DNA of 64,000 bases from an uncultured Clostridia bacterium. Lineage in GTDB: Bacteria; Bacillota; Clostridia; Oscillospirales; CAG-382. Positions 1 through 8,728 of the stretch are shown here, in pieces. A program made the translations under genes and the position numbers. The notes under the pieces are model-generated. The model made no database searches. It had not been told where the DNA came from and saw only the letters and a program-made list of their open reading frames with translations. Within the stretch, counting starts at the first letter, position 1. Each line of letters begins with the position of its first letter. The stretch lies in contig CALWBE010000027.1 of NCBI GenBank assembly GCA_944375955.1, positions 28,227 through 92,226 of the forward strand. The letters run 5' to 3'.

Positions 1-253
1 TAATATAGACGATTCGTATTCACCTCTTGACAAGCAGTATAAGCTTTTAAAGGCAATACTTGCATATTTTGAAAAATCCAAAAAAGCCGTCGAGCAGGGC
101 GCGGATATTGAAAAACTTTCAAATATTCCGGCAAGAGAGACTATAGGAAGACTAAAATCAGTGCCTCTTGAGAAATTTGACGGTGAGCTTTCGGCATTGC
201 TTGAAGCTCTCGACGAACAGATAGACGGCGTACTTCACAGCGAGGAGGACTGA
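1..253 (+). CDS. atpA: V-type ATP synthase subunit A, C-terminal end (5' part lies outside the window)
   Basis: The frame is open from the window edge to TGA 251-253. The translation ...[23 protein letters not shown]... looks like the C-terminal helical region of V/A-ATPase catalytic subunits. It lies directly upstream of the B and D subunit genes. Confidence 0.75.
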   Translation, partial: NIDDSYSPLDKQYKLLKAILAYFEKSKKAVEQGADIEKLSNIPARETIGRLKSVPLEKFDGELSALLEALDEQIDGVLHSEED

Positions 254-257
254 TAAA

Positions 258-1640
258 GTGGAGATTACCAAGGAATATAAAACTATAAGGGAAGTTGCCG
301 GACCTTTGATGCTTGTTGATAAGGTCGAAGGAGTAACTTATTATGAACTTGGCGAAATCGAGCTTCCAAATGGTGAGATCCGCCGCTGCAGAGTTCTTGA
401 CGTGAATGAAGATAAAGCGCTCGTGCAGCTTTTTGAAAGCTCTGCAGGAATTAATCTTGCAGAAAGCAAGGTGCGTTTTTTAGGTCACGGAATAGAATTC
501 GGAGTATCTGACGATATACTCGGCCGCGTTTTTTCTGGCATGGGTTCACCCATAGACGGAGGTCCTCGGATTATTCCGGAGCAGAACCTTGATATAAACG
601 GAACTCCTATAAATCCGGCAGCGAGAAATTACCCGTCTGAGTTTATACAGACAGGAGTTTCCACTATTGACGGATTGAATACGCTTGTACGAGGACAGAA
701 GCTGCCGATATTTTCCGGCTCAGGTCTGCCGCATGCAAAGCTTGCCGCTCAGATAGCAAGACAGGCTAAAGTATTGGGGTCGGACAGTAAATTTGCCGTT
801 GTATTTGCGGCAATAGGAATAACTTTTGAAGAAGCTGATTTCTTTATAAGCGATTTTAAAAGAACCGGAGCTATTGACAGAACGGTGCTTTTCATAAATC
901 TTGCCTCAGACCCGGCAATCGAAAGAATTTCAACTCCGCGTATGGCGCTCACTGCGGCAGAATATCTTGCTTTTGAAAAGAATATGCATGTGCTTGTTAT
1001 CATGACAGATATAACAAATTATGCCGAAGCATTAAGAGAGGTTTCGGCAGCTCGTAAGGAAGTGCCTGGAAGGCGTGGATATCCGGGATATCTTTATACG
1101 GACCTTGCTACCATGTATGAAAGGGCAGGAAGAAAGCTGGGATGTGACGGATCTATAACAATGATACCGATCTTGACTATGCCGGAAGACGATAAAACTC
1201 ATCCGATCCCCGATCTTACCGGATATATTACAGAGGGACAGATAATTTTGTCGCGAGAAATATACAGAAAAGGTTATTTGCCTCCGGTAGACGTTCTTCC
1301 TTCGCTTTCAAGACTTAAGGACAAGGGTATAGGCGAGGGAAAAACGAGAGAGGATCATGCTCAGCTTATGAATCAGCTTATAGCATGCTATGCAAGGGGA
1401 AAAGAAGCATTAGAGCTTATGGTCGTATTAGGAGAAGCGGCGCTTACTCCGGCTGATAGATTATATGCGAAATTTTCAGAAGAGTTTGAAAAGAGGTATA
1501 TAAATCAGGGCTTTGAGGAAAACCGCACTATTGAAGAAACTCTTGATCTCGGATGGGAACTGCTAAGGATATTCCCGAAAAGCGAGTTAAAGAGAATAAA
1601 ACCGGAAACTCTCGACAAATATTTTAAAGAGGAGCGATAA
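258..1640 (+). CDS. atpB: V-type ATP synthase subunit B
   Basis: 460 aa with a GTG start 9 nt after GGAGG. It aligns along its full length with V/A-ATPase B subunits ([22 protein letters not shown], TQIPILTMPxDD-like block [20 protein letters not shown]). Confidence 0.95.
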   Translation: MEITKEYKTIREVAGPLMLVDKVEGVTYYELGEIELPNGEIRRCRVLDVNEDKALVQLFESSAGINLAESKVRFLGHGIEFGVSDDILGRVFSGMGSPIDGGPRIIPEQNLDINGTPINPAARNYPSEFIQTGVSTIDGLNTLVRGQKLPIFSGSGLPHAKLAAQIARQAKVLGSDSKFAVVFAAIGITFEEADFFISDFKRTGAIDRTVLFINLASDPAIERISTPRMALTAAEYLAFEKNMHVLVIMTDITNYAEALREVSAARKEVPGRRGYPGYLYTDLATMYERAGRKLGCDGSITMIPILTMPEDDKTHPIPDLTGYITEGQIILSREIYRKGYLPPVDVLPSLSRLKDKGIGEGKTREDHAQLMNQLIACYARGKEALELMVVLGEAALTPADRLYAKFSEEFEKRYINQGFEENRTIEETLDLGWELLRIFPKSELKRIKPETLDKYFKEER

Positions 1641-1641
1641 T

Positions 1642-2301
1642 ATGCCTCAAAAACAAGTCACTCCTACGAGAATGGAACTTACCCGCCTGAAGAAGCGGCT
1701 TATGACCGCACGCCGCGGACATAAGCTGTTGAAGGATAAGCGGGACGAGCTTATGAAAATTTTTTTGGATACTGTCAGGGAAGACAAGGCTCTGCGAAAG
1801 AGGATCGAGGAAAGAATGCAGCTTCTGCATTCAGGATTCAATCTCGCCGCTGCGGTAACGTCAAGAGAGATCATGGAGGAAGCGCTTGTATATCCGAAAA
1901 GCGAAGGAGAATTGTCTGTTTCTTATAAAAATGTCATGAGCGTGGTAGTTCCGGAATATTCTTATGAAGTTAAGACTAACGGCGGAGAAAGTCCTTACGG
2001 ATACGGTTTTGCTTTTACATCGGGCGAACTTGACAATGCGGTAGGCGAACTTTATGATATGCTGCCCGATCTTATGCGTCTTGCAGAAGTTGAAAAGCAG
2101 TCGCAGATGCTTGCCGATGAGATAGAAAAAACAAGACGGCGCGTAAATGCGCTTGAATATATTATGATCCCTGGCTTTGAAGAGAATATTAAAGCTATCA
2201 TAATGAAGCTTGATGAAAATGACCGCGGAAATACTACGCGTCTTATGAAAGTTAAGGATATGATGATCGAAGAGCAGAGAAAACAAAATAATATGCGCTG
2301 A
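1642..2301 (+). CDS. atpD: V-type ATP synthase subunit D
   Basis: 219 aa. The N-terminus PTRMELTRLKKRLMTARRGHKLLKDKRDEL is the hallmark start of V-ATPase D subunits. It is tightly coupled to subunit B (2-nt gap) and has an AGGAG RBS. Confidence 0.92.
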   Translation: MPQKQVTPTRMELTRLKKRLMTARRGHKLLKDKRDELMKIFLDTVREDKALRKRIEERMQLLHSGFNLAAAVTSREIMEEALVYPKSEGELSVSYKNVMSVVVPEYSYEVKTNGGESPYGYGFAFTSGELDNAVGELYDMLPDLMRLAEVEKQSQMLADEIEKTRRRVNALEYIMIPGFEENIKAIIMKLDENDRGNTTRLMKVKDMMIEEQRKQNNMR

Positions 2302-2347
2302 GGTCAAAAATATTTAATTAAATAATTAATTGCTTATGATTGAAAAG

Positions 2348-2390
2348 CGGGAACAGGCTGCGCTGTGCGTAAGCAGTTCCCGTTATATTA
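2348..2390 (+). terminator. Probable intrinsic terminator of the V-ATPase operon
   Basis: Hairpin CGGGAAC (2348-2354) / GTTCCCG (2376-2382), with further partial pairing, followed by a T/A-rich tail. Confidence 0.55.
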
Positions 2391-2429
2391 TAAAAATATC
2401 TATATAAAATCGGCAGGCGAGGTTCTACT

Positions 2430-2816
2430 ATGAAGAATGCAGAAAAGATAGATAAAAATTTTTCGGTTAAGAACAGCTTAAACCGTAAAGGAATAAAGTT
2501 TTACGACTGTGAAAAGGATCCTTTTTCTATACACGGAGTTTTTAAAGAAGGCGATTTGTTTGTCAGAATGCCGAGAGAGAAAGCGAAAACTGTAAATGAA
2601 GGAGTATATACTCTGTGCAGCCATACAACAGGAGGCAGAGTCTGTTTCAGAACAGACAGCGCATATGTTGCAGTAAATTGTACGATAGGCAGTTTTATTT
2701 GTCACCCACATATGCCTCTTACAGGCGCTGTAGGATTTGACCTGTATGCAGACGGCATTTACAGAGGAACTTTTATAAAGTTTTGTTTATGTTTAGTAGT
2801 AATATATTTTTTATAA
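2430..2816 (+). pseudogene. 3'-truncated remnant of an esterase with an N-terminal beta-sandwich domain plus SGNH domain (only about 115 N-terminal aa retained)
   Basis: The translation (FSIHGV...FVRMP...GGRVCFRTDSAYVAVNC...GAVGFDLYADG) matches the N-terminal non-catalytic domain that I recognise from roughly 350-aa SGNH/GDSL (CE2-like) esterases. After ...YRGTFI the frame runs into AT-rich sequence and stops. No GDS/DxxH catalytic blocks follow. Confidence 0.6.
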
Positions 2817-2888
2817 ACAGTAAATATTTACATATACAAATCAAAATAATTAATTTTATTAGAATGTCGTATTTTTGATAAAAAACAC

Positions 2889-2917
2889 TTTACAAATCGA
2901 AAAATGAGTGGTATACT
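2889..2917 (+). promoter_or_regulatory. Sigma-A type promoter of pyrR
   Basis: TTTACA (2889-2894), 17-nt spacer, TATACT (2912-2917). Confidence 0.55.
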
Positions 2918-2932
2918 TTATTGGAAAAAAAG

Positions 2933-3060
2933 AAATCTTTAACAGCGGTACCGTGTTGCCGGCAAGATTGACAATATTAAGTTGTGATATATCTATGTGT
3001 ATATCCTGTGCGTATCTTGTCGAGGTTTATAAAAAAAGCTGAGATGAGATTTTTTTTTTG
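2933..3060 (+). promoter_or_regulatory. Candidate PyrR-dependent transcription attenuator (anti-antiterminator / antiterminator / terminator)
   Basis: AAUCUU (2934-2939) pairs with AAGAUU (2964-2969) and is followed by UAAC, like the lower stem of PyrR binding loops. The same GCAAGAU (2962-2968) can instead pair with AUCUUGU (3014-3020). AUCUUGUC (3014-3021) in turn pairs with GAUGAGAU (3043-3050), directly before a run of 9 T (3051-3059). The canonical CCAGAGAGG loop is not present. Confidence 0.45.
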
Positions 3061-3093
3061 CGAAAAACATAATGAGAGAAGGCAAATCTGCAC

Positions 3094-3633
3094 TTGAGTA
3101 TTTTTAAATCAAATCTTATGGATGATAAGGCGGTGTTAAGGTGCCTTGCACGCATGTCGCATGAGATAATCGAAAGGAATAAAGGCGCAGAAAATACAGT
3201 ACTTATCGGCATAAAAAGACGCGGAGCACCGATCGCTGAGATTATCGCAAAAAATATAGAAAAAATAGAAGGCAAGCCCGTCGAATGCGGATTTATAGAT
3301 ATAAACTTTTACCGTGATGATATCGAACTCAATCAAGACGTTCCGGTTGTGAGAAAATGTGATCTGCCTTTTTCAATTGTTGATAAAAAGGTAATTATAG
3401 TTGACGACGTCCTATATACCGGACGAACTGTAAGAGCAGCGATAGAAGCAGTTTTTTCGCTTGGCAGACCCAGCATGATACAGCTTGCCATACTTGTTGA
3501 TCGCGGTCACCGCGAGCTGCCGTTTAGGGCGGATTATATCGGGAAAGCGATAGCAACGTCAAAAAAAGAATTTATTAAAGTACGAATACCTCCGTATGAT
3601 CCAGACTGCGGGGTAGATCTTTATGAACGCTGA
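3094..3633 (+). CDS. pyrR: Bifunctional pyrimidine operon regulator / uracil phosphoribosyltransferase PyrR
   Basis: 179 aa. It resembles PyrR throughout (RMSHEIIERNKG..., VLIGIKRRGAPIA, PRPP-binding block VIIVDDVLYTGRTVRAA). TTG start after a GAGAGAAGG RBS; ATG 3118 is an alternative. Confidence 0.92.
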   Translation: MSIFKSNLMDDKAVLRCLARMSHEIIERNKGAENTVLIGIKRRGAPIAEIIAKNIEKIEGKPVECGFIDINFYRDDIELNQDVPVVRKCDLPFSIVDKKVIIVDDVLYTGRTVRAAIEAVFSLGRPSMIQLAILVDRGHRELPFRADYIGKAIATSKKEFIKVRIPPYDPDCGVDLYER

Positions 3634-3704
3634 AGCTTTATTTAGTTATATACACGGCAGAAAGCCGCTTATATATAAATTACATATTTTACGGAGGATA
3701 TAAA

Positions 3705-5225
3705 ATGAAACTAATTTACGGCGTTAATGACAAACCAAAATTCGGTCAGCTTATTGTTTTTGCCATTCAGCAGCTGCTTGCTATTATGGCAGCAACTCTT
3801 GTTGTTCCTGTAATTACCGGTCATGGTATGAGTTCGGCTGCTGCTCTTTTAGGCGCAGGCTTGGGAACTTTGGTATATGTATTTTTCACACTTAAAAAAA
3901 GCCCGGTTTTTCTTGGATCTTCATTTGCTTTTCTCGGATCAATGGCAGCGGCTTTTGCAGGCGCTACAACGGTTGAACTTGGTTATGTCGGACTTATATT
4001 AGGCGCATGTTTTGCGGGAATTGTATATATTATTATCGCACTTATAGTAAAGATTGCAGGAGTAAAGTGGATAGACAAACTTATGCCTGCGGCAGTAATC
4101 GGGCCTACGGTTGCTATAATCGGTCTTTCTCTTGCCGGAAATGCTATAAGTGATCTTTCAAAAGTAAATTATTCTTATGAGATAGAGGACGCCGAAAATT
4201 ATAGGATAGTTGAGACAGTAAAGATTTCCGGAACCGAAGATGCGGCAGAAAATGTCATTGTATCTGCAGAGGTCACAGACGCAGAAGGTAACCCTGCTTC
4301 CGGAGTAGCCGCAGTATATGATGAGGCTTCGGGTGAATATAATCTTGTTAAAACGCCGGGTTCCGTGTATGTAGCAGTAATATGCGGACTTATCACTTTG
4401 TTTGTTACAATGCTGTGTTCATGCTACGGTAAGAAGATGACACGTCTTATACCTTTTATTATAGGTATTCTTGCCGGATATGCAGCTGCATGTATTTTTT
4501 ATATAATTGGTATGGCTTCAGGAAATGATGCGCTTATGATAATAAATTTTGCACCCTATGCTGATTTGGTAAAAGACGGGGTGACTCTAAGTACATTTTT
4601 CAGCGTTCCTGAGTTTACTTTTGTTACAGCTTCAAAAGGATTATCTCAAATTAATTCTCAGTATATTGTTTCAATCATAGTTGCATATGTGCCGGTTGCA
4701 TTTGTCGTATTTGCAGAACATATAGCAGATCACAAAAATATTTCAAGTATTATAGAAAAAGATCTTCTTACTGATCCCGGTTTGTCTAGAACACTTCTTG
4801 GAGACGGTGTTGGAACTATAGTCGGAGCTTTCTTTGGCGGATGTCCGAATACTACATACGGTGAATCTGTCGGATGTGTCGCAATAACCAAGAACGCATC
4901 GGTAGTTACTATAATTGCCGCGGCAATAGGAGCGATACTTATATCATTTATAAATCCTTTTGTTGCTTTTGTAAACTCGATACCTTCATGCGTTATGGGC
5001 GGAGTATGTATGGCGCTTTACGGATTTATAGCAGTATCAGGACTTAAAATGATCAAGAATATTGATCTTGAATTAAACAAGAATCTTTTTGTAGTATCGG
5101 TTATATTGATAGCCGGTATCGGAGGATTTGTACTCAGTTTCGGAGAAATAACAATAACATCTATTGCGTGCGCATTAATACTTGGAATTATAACAAATCT
5201 TATTGTCTCAAAAGCGAAGGAATAA
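3705..5225 (+). CDS. pyrP: Uracil/xanthine permease family (NCS2) transporter, probable uracil permease, with an internal hydrophilic insertion
   Basis: 506 aa polytopic membrane protein. It has NCS2 family blocks (QQLLAIMAATLVVP, FAEHIADHK, GCPNTTYGESVG) and sits immediately after pyrR, as in Bacillus pyr operons. Confidence 0.88.
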   Translation: MKLIYGVNDKPKFGQLIVFAIQQLLAIMAATLVVPVITGHGMSSAAALLGAGLGTLVYVFFTLKKSPVFLGSSFAFLGSMAAAFAGATTVELGYVGLILGACFAGIVYIIIALIVKIAGVKWIDKLMPAAVIGPTVAIIGLSLAGNAISDLSKVNYSYEIEDAENYRIVETVKISGTEDAAENVIVSAEVTDAEGNPASGVAAVYDEASGEYNLVKTPGSVYVAVICGLITLFVTMLCSCYGKKMTRLIPFIIGILAGYAAACIFYIIGMASGNDALMIINFAPYADLVKDGVTLSTFFSVPEFTFVTASKGLSQINSQYIVSIIVAYVPVAFVVFAEHIADHKNISSIIEKDLLTDPGLSRTLLGDGVGTIVGAFFGGCPNTTYGESVGCVAITKNASVVTIIAAAIGAILISFINPFVAFVNSIPSCVMGGVCMALYGFIAVSGLKMIKNIDLELNKNLFVVSVILIAGIGGFVLSFGEITITSIACALILGIITNLIVSKAKE

Positions 5226-5254
5226 GCAAACAAATAATAAATATATTTATGACG

Positions 5255-5282
5255 GCGTTGATTTATATATCAGCGCTGTTTT
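5255..5282 (+). terminator. Terminator after the permease gene
   Basis: GCGTTGAT / ATCAGCGC hairpin (one G-U pair) followed by TGTTTT. Confidence 0.5.
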
Positions 5283-5289
5283 AAAAAAT

Positions 5290-5330
5290 AAAAATCAGCA
5301 AAGCATTAAAAATGCTTTGCTGATTTTTGT
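5290..5330. terminator. Bidirectional intrinsic terminator (pyrP side and rplL side)
   Basis: Perfect 13-14 bp hairpin ATCAGCAAAGCATT / AATGCTTTGCTGAT (5294-5324), flanked by an A-tract and a T-tract. Confidence 0.8.
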
Positions 5331-5359
5331 ATTTAATACTAAAGGCAAATGATGTACTA

Positions 5360-5734
5360 TTACTTGATAGTAACAGTTGCGCCTGCGGCAGTAAGAGTAG
5401 CCTTCATAGCTTCAGCGTCTTCCTTGGAAACGCCTTCCTTAATAACCTTAGGAGCGCCTTCTACGAGATCTTTAGCTTCTTTAAGACCGAGACCTGTGAT
5501 TTCACGTACAGCCTTAATAACATTAAGCTTGCTGTCGCCTGCTGCTGTAAGTTCAACATCAAATTCAGTCTTTTCTTCTTCAGCAGCTGCTGCGGGAGCT
5601 GCAACACCGGCTACAGCTACGGGAGCTGCGGAAACGCCGAACTCTTCTTCAACTGCCTTAACGAGGTCAGCGAGTTCGAGAATTGTAAGTGCCTTGATAT
5701 CTTCAATAATCTTAAGTGACTTTTCAGATGCCAT
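5360..5734 (-). CDS. rplL: 50S ribosomal protein L7/L12
   Basis: [34 protein letters not shown]..., an Ala-rich hinge, and ...GATVTIK. ATG at 5734 lies 8 nt after GGAGG. The longer track ORF (to 5782) was rejected. Confidence 0.95.
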   Translation of the reverse strand: MASEKSLKIIEDIKALTILELADLVKAVEEEFGVSAAPVAVAGVAAPAAAAEEEKTEFDVELTAAGDSKLNVIKAVREITGLGLKEAKDLVEGAPKVIKEGVSKEDAEAMKATLTAAGATVTIK

Positions 5735-5814
5735 TTTTATATACCTCCAAAAATATAATTTATTGTCAAAACATATTGACATTTATGCGGCGAAAATACG
5801 CCGAAAATTTAGAA

Positions 5815-6333
5815 TTATTCCGCTGCTGATTCTGCGGGTACGCCGCCTTCTTTGTCGATAATTGCCTGAATTGCATAAGCAAAATTGTACAAAGGAGACT
5901 GTATGCTTCCGAGGAATTTTGCGATAAGTCCTTCTCTTGACGGGATTGCCGCGAGAGACTTTATCTCATTTGTGTCGATAACGCGGCCGTCGATAAAGCC
6001 TGCCTTAACTTCAAAGTTTTCGTTATCGTCTGCAAATTTGCATAAAACTTTAGCGGGAGCAATGGGGTCGTCTGATACGGCAATTGCCGTCATACCTTCA
6101 AGCACAGATTCAAAGCCTGTAATACCTGCGATTTCAGCGGCTTTTTTAATGTAGGTATTTTTGACAACCTTGTAAGTTACATTGTTCTTGCGGAGCTCAG
6201 CTCTGAGGGCAGTATCTTTTTCAACAGTGATACCGAAGTAATTAACGAGAACGCCGCTCTGAGCATTTTTGATTGCTTCAGCGAGATCTCCGACAAGTTT
6301 CTGCTTTTCTTCAAGAATTTTTGCGCTTGGCAT
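5815..6333 (-). CDS. rplJ: 50S ribosomal protein L10
   Basis: The start MPSAKILEEKQKLVGDLAE... is typical of L10. ATG at 6333 follows GGAGGTGA. It lies directly upstream of rplL. Confidence 0.93.
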   Translation of the reverse strand: MPSAKILEEKQKLVGDLAEAIKNAQSGVLVNYFGITVEKDTALRAELRKNNVTYKVVKNTYIKKAAEIAGITGFESVLEGMTAIAVSDDPIAPAKVLCKFADDNENFEVKAGFIDGRVIDTNEIKSLAAIPSREGLIAKFLGSIQSPLYNFAYAIQAIIDKEGGVPAESAAE

Positions 6334-6521
6334 TGATATTTCACCTCCAATAAAAAAAGTTCTTTTTGGACCGCAAAAGCGTAACCGGAAAAGAACAAGA
6401 AACACAATATATACCGCAGTGCGGATTTTAAGTGAAATACTTATTTCTTTCCTCGGCAGGCGGAAAAAATAACCGTTAGCGTGTAGTCATAACAAATACA
6501 CGACCTGCTTTCTTAGGTCAG
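6334..6521 (-). promoter_or_regulatory. rplJ 5' leader, position consistent with the L10 ribosomal-protein leader (autoregulatory RNA)
   Basis: There is about 188 nt of untranslated leader between a consensus promoter and rplJ. It contains hairpins (for example GACCU...AGGUC near the 5' end). Firmicutes are known to carry an L10(L12)4-binding leader here. I could not run a covariance model. Confidence 0.45.
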
Positions 6522-6527
6522 TACAGA

Positions 6528-6556
6528 ATTATATCATTATTTTACTGTTTTGTCAA
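6528..6556 (-). promoter_or_regulatory. Consensus sigma-A promoter of rplJ-rplL
   Basis: On the minus strand: TTGACA (6556-6551), 17-nt spacer, TATAAT (6533-6528). Confidence 0.8.
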
Positions 6557-6666
6557 TATATTTTTTTAAAACATTTAAAAAAAGGGAAAATATAATAAAT
6601 GAAGGCTATTTTTGCCGAACATTTTATATTTTTACGGCAATATTAAACATAATAAAATAAACTTTT

Positions 6667-7836
6667 CTATTTTTGCGTGTCAGTAACTAATATTTTCCCG
6701 TTTTCAATATATATTCGGTGGGCCCGCTTTCCTATGAGACAAAGTATTTCATAGGAAATTGTGCCGCAGATTTCAGCAAGTTCTTCAGCCGTTACCGTTT
6801 CATTCCCGTCGCTTCCGATTATAGTTGCTTCATCAAAGAGTGTGGCCTCCGGTATATCAGTAACATCGGTCATAGTCATGTCCATACATATTCTGCCTAC
6901 AACCGGCGCGCGCTTACCTTTTATAATAACGCAGCCTTTGTTTGAAAGCAAACGGTTAAATCCGTCGGCATACCCTGCCGCTACAGTAGCCACACGCATA
7001 TCGCGTTCAGCCGTATACGTAAGACCGTATCCGATTTTTTCTCCTTTTTTAACATTAAGGATCTGTGCAATATGCGTTTTAAAGCTCATTACAGGCAATA
7101 GGTCGCTGCCCGGAAATTCACACCCGTAAAGACCTATTCCAAATCGGACAAGATCGCAGTGATACTGTGAGTATTTGATAGTTCCGGCACTGTTGCAGAT
7201 ATGTTTGTAAGAAAATTCTATTCCTTTTTCGGAAAGCAGCGATACTGTTTTTTCAAAACGGTTAAACTGCAGCTGAGTAAAGCTGACATCACTGTTATCA
7301 GCGTCGCAGAAGTGTGAAAAAATTCCCTCGGGAACTATATATGGATTGCATTTTATTATTTCAGCGGCATCGCAGAGCTCGTCAGAGAGACAGTATTCCG
7401 ACACTTTAAAGCCTATACGGTTCATACCGGTATTAAGGGCAATATGGATTTTTATGGGCTCGGGATTTTTACAGTTATAAATATAGCTTTTGAGAAAATC
7501 GAGCGATTCGGAAGAGTCTATTGTAACAGAAATATCATTTTTTACGGCGTCGGAATATCTTGACGGCAACATGGGGCCGAGAACAAGCATCATACCGCCA
7601 ATGCCGCATTTCCGAAGCGTTATTGCTTCGTCGATGTTAGCCACTGCAAAATGCCTTATACCGCAGCGATACATTTTTTCGGCGACCATTTCCGCACCGT
7701 GATTGTATGCGTCGGCTTTTACTACGCCGAGTATTTTTGATTTTCCAAGATTTTTTTGTATAGATTTAAGATTATGTTCAAGATTATCTAAGTTTATCAG
7801 AGCATAAGATGAGAATTTTTCGTATTCCTTTTCCAT
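6667..7836 (-). CDS. alr: Alanine racemase
   Basis: 389 aa. It has the PLP-lysine motif VVKADAYNHGA and is similar to Alr along its full length (GIGLYG, MDMTM block CMDMTMTDV). Confidence 0.93.
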   Translation of the reverse strand: MEKEYEKFSSYALINLDNLEHNLKSIQKNLGKSKILGVVKADAYNHGAEMVAEKMYRCGIRHFAVANIDEAITLRKCGIGGMMLVLGPMLPSRYSDAVKNDISVTIDSSESLDFLKSYIYNCKNPEPIKIHIALNTGMNRIGFKVSEYCLSDELCDAAEIIKCNPYIVPEGIFSHFCDADNSDVSFTQLQFNRFEKTVSLLSEKGIEFSYKHICNSAGTIKYSQYHCDLVRFGIGLYGCEFPGSDLLPVMSFKTHIAQILNVKKGEKIGYGLTYTAERDMRVATVAAGYADGFNRLLSNKGCVIIKGKRAPVVGRICMDMTMTDVTDIPEATLFDEATIIGSDGNETVTAEELAEICGTISYEILCLIGKRAHRIYIENGKILVTDTQK

Positions 7837-7893
7837 AATAATGCCATTCCTTAATATATGAAAAGATAACCGACATGCGGTTTTTTGAAAATA

Positions 7894-8535
7894 TCATGAA
7901 GGATATTTTATTTTTGTAAAATTAATTGTTGCAGATATATCCCCTGAAACGGCGGTATACTGCATCGGAACTCCCGATGCCGCGTCAAAAATCAAAGTGC
8001 ATACAATATCATCGCCAAGTTCAAATATACAGCTTTTAGGCACTGCGGTATCAGGGAAATTACCTTCAGGCATATCGCAGTCTTTTACGGATCCGTGAGG
8101 CAATGAAGAAAGACAAGATGCCGCTTCATCCGAGAAGAAAGAAATTAGAAGATTAATTTTTGTCAAAGCTCCGTCTGGAAGCGGTATTTTCATTCCGTAG
8201 TAATTAAACATTAAAATGTCGGCTTCTCCATTTTCATTGCTTTCAACTGAAAGACCTTCAAATGCTTCGGGAGAAGAAAAAGCAATGTTTACGGTATCTT
8301 GTTTTGAAGCTACCGCACTGCCTTCAATAGTATCGTCGCCGTTTCCTGCAAGAGAGAAATCAAATTCTGCAGAATATCCTTGTGAATACAGAAGTTCAGT
8401 CAGCCGGTCAATACCTGAATCGGCAGAACATGAACCGGCAATAAGCATAGTCATAATTGCCGGAACAACGGAAGCTATCAAAAGAACGCGATGTATTGCC
8501 GGCAAAAGAAAACTGCATGATCGTTTTAGTTTCAT
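7894..8535 (-). CDS. Hypothetical secreted protein / probable lipoprotein
   Basis: 213 aa. An N-terminal hydrophobic signal ends in ...MLIAGSC (lipobox-like). No catalytic motif recognised. Confidence 0.6.
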   Translation of the reverse strand: MKLKRSCSFLLPAIHRVLLIASVVPAIMTMLIAGSCSADSGIDRLTELLYSQGYSAEFDFSLAGNGDDTIEGSAVASKQDTVNIAFSSPEAFEGLSVESNENGEADILMFNYYGMKIPLPDGALTKINLLISFFSDEAASCLSSLPHGSVKDCDMPEGNFPDTAVPKSCIFELGDDIVCTLIFDAASGVPMQYTAVSGDISATINFTKIKYPS

Positions 8536-8680
8536 AAAAAACCGCCTCTTTCCGAATAATTTATCATTGATACAATTTATTCGGAAAACGGCACCGATAT
8601 TCGCAAAGCCATATTACATATTATTATAACTCAAATATTTAATATAAGCAACAGCAAAAACAAAAAATATTCAATTAAAA

Positions 8681-8718
8681 AGTAAAGCGGACATTTTATT
8701 ATAAAATGTCCGCTTTTT
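8681..8718 (-). terminator. Terminator downstream of the 1309-aa gene
   Basis: Perfect hairpin AGCGGACATTTT / AAAATGTCCGCT (8686-8714) with flanking A and T runs. Confidence 0.75.
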
Positions 8719-8728
8719 GCTATATTTG

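Noticed and set aside
5327-5861. Two plus-strand ORFs (130 and 170 aa), one strikingly Ala/Ser/Thr-rich
   Set aside because: They are antisense to rplL. The Ala-rich composition mirrors the Ala-rich hinge and GC-rich codons of L7/L12. They have no RBS and overlap a certain gene.
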